Under the pieces are notes generated by a model. That model was not told where the DNA came from and did no database searches. It saw nothing but the letters and a program-made list of their open reading frames with translations. Shown one piece after another: positions 26,501 through 39,800 of a stretch of 64,000 nucleotides of DNA; within the stretch, counting starts at the first letter, position 1; each line of letters opens with the position of its first letter. This DNA comes from Antedon mediterranea (lineage: Eukaryota > Animalia > Echinodermata): positions 1,612,001 to 1,676,000 of the forward strand of contig NC_092671.1 in assembly GCF_964355755.1 (NCBI RefSeq), written 5' to 3'. A program made the position numbers and the translations under genes.

Positions 26501-29500
26501 TTTGTGTAATGTTTTTGAATTTCAGAATTATTAACAAGAAAGGTTGAATTGTATCACCACTGGGGAGTTATTTTTTATAATTATCAACTCTCTGGTTTCA
26601 ATCTAAAATCTGAATATTCATCAAAGGCTGATATATTGTTTTCCTAGAAATCTAACATTCCGACCATAAAGCAAGCAGTATTCATGATTTGTTTATATTA
26701 ATTATGGCTAGGCTTTCATACCGATATTTATTACCACAATTGAGCACAGTAATACAAAGAAATAGATTCTGTTACAGTTTCGGTTGTAGAAGGCATGGGT
26801 GGGCCCAACCCCACTGGGAGTTTTGAGGTGTGGTGCGGTGTTTTGTAATTTGTGAATCATGGTTCTTGACGGTAGGATGGTGTGTTTGGATTAGATATTT
26901 AAGAGAGTTTTGCAACTGAAAACAAGTTGTTTGGTTTATGTTTACCTGAAAGTGAAAATGTTGTTGTCAAACTTTGACTGAATTTACTTTCTGTTGCTAT
27001 TATTATAATAGTTTTGATGCTGTTTTGTCTTTTTATTTTTAATTGATTGAAAATGCTATTTGAAAATGTAAAATTAAATTCATTAAAAAATTATCAAATA
27101 AATAAATCTTATATTGATTACTCGTATTCTGTAGTAAATCAGAAATAGAATCGGACATACTGTATGTATCGGACATACTGTATGTATCGGACATACTGTA
27201 TGTATCGGACATACTGTATGTATCGGACATACTGTATGTATCGGACATACTGTATGTATCGGACATACTGTATGTATCGGACATACTGTATGTATCGGAC
27301 ATACTGTATGTATCGGACATACTGTATGTATCGGACATACTGTATGTATCGGACATACTGTATGTATCGGACATACTGTATGTATCGGACATACTGTATG
27401 TATCGGACATCGGACATACTGTATGTATCGGACATACTGTATGGAGTGGAGTTGTGGCTTGGTGGTTATGATGCTTGGCTACCAATCTAAGGGTCCTGGG
27501 TTCAAGTCCTGTCATATGTCAGGGTTTTTTTCTCATGACAATTTACAACTCCACTCCCAAAGACTTAATAATAAGTCTTTGTTTATGTAGAGCATCTTGT
27601 GTATATGTTTGTCTTGTGAAATTTTAAATAGTTTATCCATCCTGTAATTGGCGGGTTACTCGCTGTTGGATGAGTATGAAATAATAAATAATAAGTATCG
27701 GACATACTGTATGTATCGGACATACTGTATGTATCGGACATACTGTATGTATCGGACATACTGTATGTATCGGACATACTGTATGTATCGGACATACTGT
27801 ATGTATCGGACATACTGTATGTATCGGACATACTGTATGTATCGGACATACTGTATGTATCGGACATACTGTATGTATCGGACATACTGTATGTATCGGA
27901 CATACTGTATGTATTGAAAGTTTATATTGAATTAAAATAATGGAAGGTAAAAGAGAAATTGTCCAAGTGGGAAAAAAATGTATTATGTTACTAACTTTTT
28001 AAAGCTCTGTCTACAAACTTTATGTGTCAAAAAATGTGATATGCCCATATATGGACATGATGATGTCATATCACTATCATATTTGGGCATATCACTACCA
28101 TATGTGGGCACATCCCACTTTTTAGTCAAACTAGTTTGATCGTGTAGACAGAGCTTTATACTTTAAAAATATATATTTATGTCTATATATAACATTTTGA
28201 TGCACTGTGATTTATATGTATACTATATACTACCTAGTTGTAAAAGTGACAATAACGTAAAAGTGACTATAAAGTAAAAGTGACAATAACGTACATGTTT
28301 ATAATAAGTAGGCCTATAAGGTTTAGTACCAATATGTAGAGCACAAAATAAGTTTGTGCTTTAGTGTACAAATGGCAAAAGCTGATGATGAAACCTACGA
28401 TATCAGTTATTGATGATGCCATGCTTGCATTTAATATGTTCTGTAATGGTTAATAAGAAGGTTCAGTCTTTAATTAGAATACCTTAAGGGTCTTGAAAGC
28501 CTTCCAATTTATCATATAAATCAGATTTACCTTTTTGCCTGAAGAGTCTAGTCTAGTTGATAGAAAACTAATCATTTTAATTGAACAAAACTGAACTAAA
28601 TTGAAATATAAATCATACAAGTTAGAATGACATGTAGATTAATGCTCTAATGTATTGACAAGGTAAGGTTTAATTAGAATTAGTAACTATACAATTTATT
28701 ATTCCTAACACATATTGTCTATTTTGTGCTTACTAGCTTACCTGGATAAATCTAAGCCATTGCTTTCCCAAGAGAGAGCAATTGATACTAAACCTTTCTT
28801 TAGCATCCCTCTACACAAAACAACAATGTAATGTAATAACATTAGTAGTATTATGAAACGTGTGGAACACAAAATTTAAGGAAAATAGGAAGCCCAGCTG
28901 CATTATGTGACCAACCAATGTGTGACTATACTTAAATGAGGTTATGCATAGTATAGGAAGATAATGATGAACACCACAGTTATATACTGTAATATATGGA
29001 TATCTATATGGATGTGCAAGATAAAAATAATAAATATAAAAGAAAGAAGATAACATTTTAAATGACTGTTTAGTGGTCGTGTCAAAATTCTTCTACTGCA
29101 GTTACTACATTTTTAACTCCCAATACGTATGGTTTTAGTTTTAGAGTAATTGTATTAATAATGAGAGATACATGAATGTGGTATATTAACATCAGATAAT
29201 ATTGTTTGAAGGTGTAAATCATTTATGATTGTATTCTACAAAATGTTCAGTAATCATAAGCTTGGTTGATTCTGGAATTTAAATTGCAATTCAAATGCTG
29301 TGAATATTAATTAAAATCTTTTAAAAACCTCAATGTCATTAGAATTAGAATACCGTTTTCATTAAATGCACACGTTTTTGTTCTTCATGCCAATTTTACA
29401 GACTTAGGTTGGATATATCTGTCATCGTCATATTATCTGCTTGATTCGTTTTTAATAATTGCTTATTTTATCTTTTAATCAGGTAACCTTGTTGCAGATC

Positions 29501-32500
29501 ATTTGCCATATGATTTCATTTGTCTGCTTTTGACACCTTAACTACTTCATTCAATACAAGATTATTTATATATCATATGTACATTTGTATCATTGTCATT
29601 ATCTTCATCATTCTTTACAACATTTATGAGGCCAATAAAGCTTGGTTCCCACTTGGACTCAAGATTTATTGGTCACTTGTAATTGGTCAACTCACTTGGA
29701 TTGCCCTATGTCTTTGTGTTGCGCCTAAGTGGGAACCAAGTTTAAGGCCTTGTTCACATTGATAAAATTATTACGATGCCCACAAAATTGTGTTTGTACA
29801 GTTTTTATATGGTTCTGAAACATTATTAGTGGAAAACTGTCGAGTATATCATTTTAGTTTAAGAAGCTGATGTAATTCATTGTTCTATCCAATTCAGAAC
29901 GTTCCTATTTTCCATTTCCATTGTAACTAAGCAATGCCCTATGTCTGAACACCTTCATTTTTTTCTTTGCAGGTTATACTTATACTATACAGCGTAGTGC
30001 TTATACTGTATGTGAACATAGCCTTAGTTTATTTGCTAATTAACCCTCAAAAGTTTGGTTATAATTTTACAATCAGTTATTGTAGATATTTATTATACAA
30101 TAATAAAATATAGTAAATTCAGTGCTGGTAATATTTGCATATTATATACTGTTGTATATAATGCGTTTATGGATATTAATAGCTTTAAATGTGTGGAACA
30201 AAGGGAGTTATGTATACTCTGTAAACTCTACTAATGACTCTAAAATTAATCTGAGGAGCCTCGAGACCAAATTGGATATTTTTTACGATCCAATTATAAT
30301 ATTCTGATGTTGGTGAAATGTTCGTACAGTCATACCAGTGTAATATATCCTTGATGTAAAAACACCATTTGGATTGATAACAAACTCTTAAAAACCTTAA
30401 AACTTGTTCAAATCTGACTATTATTCCACAGGTCCAAAATGTTACAAATTGATTGAACCATTTCTGGCCCCTCTATCATCATAATGCACCAGTGCTACAT
30501 ATTTTTTTAAAGTTTGTCAGTTTTTCTAGGAAAACGAACTTCTCCCACCCATCTACCCCCATTAACAACTCAGCGTACAGGCATAGATACAATAAAATTA
30601 CTGATATCAATTAATAATTATTGATGGATTTATCAAGAAAAATGTTGATGGAGAAATTTGACCTGGTCACCAGATGTGATTAATCTTAGACATCATTTGT
30701 TATTATCAACAATCCAAGCAGAAACTATACAATTAAGAGACATCCACAAGATGAGCTTTTACTTTGATCAATTACTTATGGCTCGCAAAACTTCTTAGCA
30801 AAGACACTTTTTTTTACTACAAGTAGATACTGTATTATAAACAGAGGTCCAAACTTGGAAAAATGTAATATTGGGAGAATTATGAAAGCAAAACAAGAGA
30901 GTGTGCTATACAAATGTACATTAATCTATAGAGGACTCGTTTACAAAAAAATTAGGAATGGCTTCTATAATTTCTTAAAAACCCTTGATGATTACTATTC
31001 TTTAGCAGGGCCGTAGCCACCAATACAGTTGGTAAGATTTCAACCTGACCACATTTTCACAGAGCTCAGCGCCATGAGCAATGAATGTTGGAATGGCGCT
31101 ATATAAATCGAACGATTGAACCCAGTGGCTTGAACAGAGATTGTTCCATTTTCTGCAAAAACCGGACCCCTTCACAGTTTAATTTTTCACTCGGTTTATC
31201 ACAGGATAGAGAGACCGATGCTTGTAGAAGCCTCCCTTTTTCTTTCTCATTGGTTGCTTGTAGAATCGTATTATTTTATTGGACAGTAAAAGATAGACTT
31301 TACAAGTGTTTGTTATGGCAGATAACAGTTGGTTTAGGAAGTACAACAAAGGATTATAGACTGAAATAAAATTATGTTTTTTTGTATCACTATATGCGCA
31401 TTCGCATTCTAAAAGTAGGCAGGGCTTAGTGTGAATTGCTGTCATTGAGGCTTCCCATTGTGGTGTGTAAATTCACTAATATTTCAAAATGTGGATACTC
31501 TGCATCACGAGAGATGCTAAACATCTTTTGACCAGAGTTGCTATAAACAGACTTGTATCAAAATTAAAGAGTCTCTTTATTTTGGAGTCACACTAAATTT
31601 GGGAGGTACTCAAAATATCAAAGATAAGGGCGATGAAAAGTTGATAAGATCTCATGCAATCCTCTCACCCAACACTTTCCTCAGGCACAAGGGCATTCCC
31701 ATACAGATGTTCAACCAGTATTGTGGATTCAATTGTAATAGTACTGTAAGTCATCATCAGTTGTACAGTAGAGAGAAATTTGAAAATCATAACATCAAGC
31801 CTTAGCTAGTTATTATGCTTTGTTAAAAGAATACAAATGTAATCAAATGAATTTGAGTCAGCCAAATTCTGTATAAAGTTTATCATAATTGTGTTTCATT
31901 TTGGAATAATAATTATCTCAGCTTACTGTTCAAAAGATATTTTATTTTTATTCATTTTTATTAGTTTACAGAGAAATAAAAAGAATGTAAATTTTACAAA
32001 TCGATGGTAAAATGTACGCTGACAATTCATTGTTTTTTACACAAAGAGCTTCTACTTCTGACTGATCTCTAGAGGGCCAACTTTTTTTCTTCACAAAGGT
32101 CAAATACATCAAACTCATCAGATTTTTGACAGTAATAAAAAGTTGAATAAAAATTGGTATCCTGGAAAAACACAGTGAAACTTAAATTATGAAGTTTCCA
32201 ATTAGGCCTCAACAAACACAGTAATGTAATGTCAAAGGTTATAATGTCAAACGCAACAAATGGTACATTTAGTTTAGAGACGTTTGAATCTAATTTAAAA
32301 GAAAGTATAACAAGATGTGACAATCTAAATGGTAATTGAGAATTCATGAATAATGTGTAAAAGAAACGGTGCTTGTATATACTTCCTACATATGGAACAA
32401 AAAAGAAATAGCAAGAAGTTAAGATTAAAGCCTTGTCTACACTATCAAACTTTATGTGACAAAAAATCACTGCCATATTTGGGCATATCACTACCATATT

Positions 32501-33770
32501 TAGGCACATCACACTTTTTTTGTCAAACTAGTTTGATAGTGTAGACAGCTTAAGAAGATAGAGTCTTGATAAAGGTGATCTAAATAGATTTAAAGGTTGA
32601 ATTTAAGAATAAGGCTGACAGTAATTAATTTTTCTTTTTGATACTATACTGTAAATTAAGATGTCCAAATCTATTTATAATAAACAATCAAACAACCTTA
32701 TTTTTTTCTAGGCCCATATTTAAGTGCTAAGAGGCTCATAAGAGGCAATTTATTCAGCTTACAGCTCTGAATACAACTCGGCTTATTATCCCTCCTTAAA
32801 TTTGTCCATTAATTTTGATGATTCCGGATATTTCCTTGGGTAGTACTAGATTGGCTTTCTGTATAATTCGGACATCAATATTTAATTCCAGCCTAAATGA
32901 CTAGTTAGTTTGAAAGACGTCTTGTTGTATCTTCACCTTTTCATTTCATGCTAATTATTTCAGATAATACTAATAGAACTGTACTTAAAATGGTATAAAA
33001 TATTAGGGAAAGGAATCTGAATTAAAGTTGTAGTTTGTGCCTAACCTACCTACCTGACAATTGAATGTTAAATAAAGTTGAGACAACTATAAAATAAAAA
33101 ATGTGTATGCTCTGCAATTACGAAAATATTTAAACTGGAGTAAAATCAGAATTAAGCCCAGCGCATTATAATCACTTCAAAATGAATTAGTGTTGTTTAA
33201 AGATAAAAATAGTTACATCATGAAATATTGATAATGGTTAACATTATAGTAAAGCATATCCACCATATGTTGACCTCTGATCTGTATTGATTAGTTATAT
33301 TAATTTATTTTTCTAATTGGATATTCGACAATGACAAATCTAAATGTGAGTTATAGTTGTGAAATATAGAGATTATATTTTTGAAATGTGTTAAAATCAA
33401 TATTATCTGAAGGCTAGTTGAATGGCAAGGTAAGATAAGTTACAGTACAATTATATAGGTATTAATAGTTTTACACCCTGTACTTTAGTTTAAAAAGCAC
33501 TGTTCATCCCAAGCTCAGCTCCAGTAATTTGTTGAAATGGGATAAGGGATAAATGTACTTTTATACAGTACAACCGTTTTAAAGCATAAACACTTCCATC
33601 TCCCTTAAGGATCCCTTGCCACCTAACGGCACTCATTAATCTGTCCACAGCAGCAGAAACCAGTACACCTTTTCGTTGAAGAACATACTAGCCAGATAAA
33701 GAGAGTCTGTGCTCATTTTATAGCTATAAAAGAGACATTGTTCTTGCATACCTAAAGTCAACTTGTGGTA

Positions 33771-33802
<32 letters not shown>

Positions 33803-36800
33803 GCATCAGTCCTCCTCCATCCCTCTTCGTTGTGTGAGATTCTTGCTTTGTTTTTATCATCTTTTAACTTTAAACTCTGCTGCCTATTATATTGTAGGCC
33901 TATTGTCTGTTCAACCTCATAAACTTCAGTATTTATTACACACCATTCATTTTGTCTAATCATTTCCACTTTCTGATTCCATAAATGATGTAGAGAAAAG
34001 CATTTTATAAAACTGTGTTAACAGAAAAATGTATATTTGTAATGTACTGTATTGTCAAATCAATCAAAAACTGAAGTTAAAATTGATGATTTCTTAATAA
34101 GATTCCATTATTAGCTTTTTATTTGATAGATGATAAATTTATTTTTGTAAAAGGTAAAAAATTAAACAATAATTTCTCAGTCGGAATTTTATAATAGTAG
34201 TATTAGCATTTTTACTTTTTGATGATGGATATAGATTGTACAAATGTACATAGATGTTAACAAGTGCATTGATCGCAGTAAAACTTTATTTTCAATCGTC
34301 AATGCTTACATGAATTAATGAGATGAAAATGAAGAAGATCACATTGGTGAATGATTGCAACTGAATGAGAACATTACCGCCTACGTGGCTTCATCATCAG
34401 CGAGAATTGACGACAGACCAACACTTTGGATGCGTAGTGCTTCACAGCTCTCCTAATGAAGCTTACGTCAGTCTCCGTATTAACAAACTCATACAACTTT
34501 CGATTTGTTATTAAACGTACACCAGGTTATGTATAAATATGTTTCTATCTTCTTAGGGTGCTTTTACTAATTCCAGTGCAATATTTAGGAGCGTAACAGA
34601 GGAGAATGGAAATCAGGTAATGGGAAGCTCTACCAGCGTCACGCTTCCAGCAAAGCCGAAAGGAGGTCGACCGGCGCTCTATCGATACCGGTCAGCAAAC
34701 GATGCGTTGCCTCAGCTGTACAACAATTATATAAAGGAGTTGGAAAAAAATAAAAGCAAGGATGATTATGTTAGAAAACCGAGGCCTAGAAGTATGTTGG
34801 CAAGTGTAAGTTCGCCTTTACGTAATTAGTCGTCGTTTGGTAGAAATAGCATGTTTTGTCAACCTTCGTTTACTGTATACTTTGGCGTACTGTTTAGCAC
34901 TAATTCTTAATACTCACGTTTTGATTCAAGCATGATCCTTAATTTTAACAAATTAAATAGAAAATAGCATTTTCTCTCTAGATATAGTGTAACTTGAGTT
35001 TTTTCATTACTTGTTTGTAAATGTATGTTTGAACACTTATTTTACAGTACGTAGTCTAGTATGCATAGATATATGTATTAATGTACAAAATTAATTACTG
35101 CATTTGTGTTTTTATTAATGTTTTATCATAAATATTTTGTTCATTGGTGTTGTTTAGTTGATGTAGTTTAGTTATTTTTGTATCTACAATCAGCTATCCT
35201 AAATACAGACTCTCTTAAAATAACCTTTTGAGAAGAATTTTCTGGTCCGAAAGTTCCAAAATTATACAAGTATTCTACAATTAGCCTTTCTGGACAACCA
35301 TAATTGTTAGGTCAATTTTTCAAAGATTTCTGATTTTTGGAAAGTTGATTGTATTTGTTTAAAATAATATTAGTAGTGCATAGTACTGTGTGTTACATAG
35401 ATTTTAAAAATTATAATTGTGTGATAATTTTAGTCTATTTGTGTCTTTTGTTTTTAAAACTTTATAGCTAAGTATATAGTATACATAGAATAACAGTAAA
35501 CGCCTTCTTAACTATAACTGCATATTGACGGTTTGTATTAACAGCATAATAATAATCATAATAAATTAAATGGCTAATCAAATAAAAATGTGATTTGTAA
35601 CTAGTAGTAGTAGTAGAATAATAAAAACATTTTGCATCAAATTTAAATGAAAGCGTCGTCACTGAGACTCTACCTACTTGATGTCATCATTCAAAAGATG
35701 TATTAATGGCACATCAACAATTTCTGTCAAAATGTTATATTCCCCATTAAATCCTACTCTCTCTACTCATGGCAACAGTGAGAGATATTTTACGATGCCT
35801 TTTACATGCGAGTACGCCAAACCAAATTGTATCTGTATTCAATAAAACAACATACTACTTGCATTAGAATTACTAATTATTATCAAATTAATCATTTTGA
35901 TTTATTTTTATTGAAATTTTTTTAAAGGGTGAGATGGTTTGTCAAGGTTTTAATCTCCTTTATTTCTTTCCATTCTTTTTACGAGGGTGGTGCTTCCTCA
36001 AACATTAGGTTGGGGAGTTGCTTCAACCATTTTCCTCTATTTTCCTCTTCGTTCTCTGACTGCAGTATCAATGATATTCTGTTTCTTCTAGGAACGATGC
36101 TTAGAGTACTACTATGTATCCATTTCCATTTAATGCATGATACATTACCCTTTTATGGATCCATTATACCTGCTTAATGGCTTATTAAGACCAACTTCCT
36201 CTTGTCATCGTCGTTTTGTTTTTCTTTAGATAAACATTAGGTTTTAAGACGTGTTTTGTCTGGAGAATAAGATCTTTTATAATCTTGTGTCTATATTTCT
36301 TGGCCTATTTCTCCACGAGAAAAGCGCTACAGCTTGAATACCTACAAATTAATTAAACACCCCTCTCAGAAAATTGTACATTATTACATGAACCCTGCCC
36401 CCAAGGGGAATGCGAATATACCACCATCATTTCTAGGTAAGCGGAACTTGGCACTCGTAGACTACCAGCACCACTTTGTTTGTGTGATATATATGACTAT
36501 ATCCAGGTGGTGGTGATATCTTCATTGCTTCCAAATTTTGATCATGAATATTCATTATTCAAATATTCTTGATTTAGTCGTGTTTGAGTAAATAAAGTAT
36601 GTGTACTAAAGTACTGTGTTCTATCAATGTAGTAGCTTGTAGAAATTCTAAAAAGCATGATCAATTTGATAATTAACCTTTGTTTTTTTACTTTTTGTGA
36701 CATGCTTTCTTTGTGGTGTTGGCAATGTTTTCATCAATAATGTTGAAATTCATCAAATAATGTTCACATGTTCAACACACAGTTTAAGCATCTTTTTATG

Positions 36801-39800
36801 TGCAATTTTATTATACTGAAATTTTTCAATATTGATTTTTACATACGTTTTTGCACTTTTATTTCTTTCAATAATAAATATATGGTAATTTCATTTAACC
36901 AGTAGTTTTTCTTCTTTCGTGTATATATTGTAATATTATAGATTTAATTTAACTAGTAGTTAAACAAAACAGAGGAAAACCAATTTTTTTATAATACCAA
37001 TATTTTATTATTTTTACTGCTAATATCGTTATAGTCCAAATTTTTAAACATGCGTGTGTGTGTAAATTTACTCTACTGTTCAAAATTTCAATTTTAAATG
37101 ATAATTTCTTGATTTATTTTTTGCATTTGTTTTTACAGATTTGTGCCACGCAGGGTCGCCTGGAGTCGTATAAGAAGATATGTCGACTTGGTGAGGGATC
37201 ATACGCCACAGTGTACAAGGCACATTCAATGTAAGTATGTTAGAAAACTTCTGAAGGGATGGGGGAAACATGTCTCCCCTACTGGTAGAAAGGTATAGTT
37301 GATATTAGATATTCATGGTAAAAAGTTTGATAAAATGGGTAGGCTAGACAATGAGAAACAGATTGTCTTCCTGTGAGACAAAAAGCCAGTAAAAATGGCT
37401 CAACTCTAACCCCCATTATTACACTAATACAGTAGTACAAATGATGTCCATTCTAAAGTATACCTGAAACATCTTATTAAACACTTTATTTTAAATACTT
37501 TCAATTCAAAGCTGCAGTTTCAGAGAAGAGCCTAACACCATCATTATGAATTGAAGACAAGTGAAAAAATGAAATTAATACTTCATCTTCTAGCCTCTAA
37601 TTTAAGCCAAATCAATATTAATTAAATTGAATAGCTCTTCTATTTGCCAAATTTACCGTGGTAATTTTGTGAAATTGGCATGTAAAGGTTGTTAGGGTTA
37701 CATCATTGTGATATTTGCCAAGATACAAACATTAGCTGGTTGATTTCAAACTAAATAATAAGCCTACAAGATTGATTAAATTACATACTACTATTTATTC
37801 CTCTCAATGTTTTCATGTTTTCTTTCTATGTGTTCTACAAGATTTGTTTCAAATACAAGAAAATGAACAAATTATTAAAACAAAATGTAGATATAGAATC
37901 TTGAAACCATTTTCTTAATCACAAAAAGAAGAATAATAATTTATGCATAAATAATTTGTTTTTAACTCTAGAACCAACACCAACCAAATTGTAGCATTAA
38001 AAGAGATTCATTTACAAGAGGAAGAGGGCGCACCATTTACAGCAATACGAGAAGCGTCGTTACTAAAGAAGTTAAAGCACGCCAACATTGTTCGTCTACA
38101 CGATATTATTCACACAAAGAAATCGTTAACATTTGTATTTGAGTATGTGGTAAGTACATTATGTCCGAAACTTTTGGAAATAAATAAATAAACCAACAAA
38201 TAAAAGATCCCTAAAATACATTCTGTTAACACATTAATTATACCTAAATAAATAAATTAAATATTTTAAGTCAAATGAAATTGCTGAAGACAAAATTCCA
38301 TGTAGTGGTTTTATTGTGAATCACCACAAGAAAGAGGAATTTCCGTTTTTCCAACAATACCAGATAATCTTTCACTTCCGTTTGTAGATCTTGAGATTGT
38401 GTCAAGTAAACATTTGTAAGACTATTATGCATTGTACATTATTATCAAGTGGTCTATAATCAACACTTGTCTTTGAATTTTAGAAAATAGCATAAATTGT
38501 TGCCAAGTTCCAGTAAGTTCACTCAACAATGTGTACTTTATTTAAAAGAATGTTAAGACTTTCTTTCATTACACATCAATATTCTCTTATTTCCCTTCTT
38601 GTTCCTATTTATTGTATTATTTATACAAATGTACTGATTTTTAAAGTGGTTTAGTAACTACAACATATATAATAAATAACAACATTTATACAAAAACAAA
38701 ATACAAAAGAAACACATAATTGCATAAGAGTGTTTTTATCTCTGAAAGAAAGTAGATGGTTAAAATGTTGTTTATCAGGATTCATGTCTCTTAAGTAGTT
38801 GGTAGGATTATGTTAGGGAATGTTGGAATGTTGTAATGTTGTAATGTTGATTTAATAGTGTGTGAGATAATGTTATATTAATCAGAACACTGCAGTAAGT
38901 ACAGTAGGCTAACAAACAAGCCTAAGTAACCACTTACACAAGATAATGTACGATTTTGAAAACGTGAAAAACATGTAAATATTGAAAATTCGTAGTCTGA
39001 ATGGGCTTAGCCAGAAGGTAAGATTTATTTAGATTAATCGTGTACGGGTTTATTCTTTGACATTTTCATACGATGTACACCATTAGGTAAATATTGTGAT
39101 TGTGAATCTATCTACAGTATGAATCTATAAACATCATTATAATAATGATGTTTTAGTAGCCGATTCTCAGTATTACATTCGTCCAATACCATATAATATT
39201 AGACAAACATTACCATATATGGAGATACAATTCTTTTATTTCATATTTAGTACAATAATATTACATTTAAAAGTTGTGATTCCTTCAATAAATGTAATCC
39301 ATGTGTTTGTATGGCGAAAAATCTAGCTAGAGACATTACATTTGTATGTTGACAATCTTGCTATCGGTTAATGCCACTTTTATTGGCCATTTATCAGCAG
39401 GATACAGAGACAGTCAAATAATAGTTGGACTTTAATAAGAAATTGATCACTAAGATTCTAGAATAATTTAAGAAGCTTTCTTTTGCATTTGTAATAAATC
39501 GTGAAATTGTTGATAAAGTTTAAATAATTACTATTGTATCACGATTATCATTATCATTATTACAATCTTATTACCGTAATTATAATCAACACTATCTTTA
39601 TAATCATCATCAATACAAACATCTTTATCATTTAATAAGGACATGGATATCTTTATAGTCATCATATCATCTTTGTCGCCATCATCATCATCGTCGTCAT
39701 ATTCCCATCATCAATAATAATTTGCTAGCATTCTTCATCATTGTTATCAACATCGTTATCATCATCGTTATCATCATCGTTATCAACATAACATTTTTCT

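Noticed and set aside
32069-32512. 147-aa - strand ORF
   Set aside because: Starts inside a MITE-A copy, has AT-rich non-protein-like composition and no recognisable motifs
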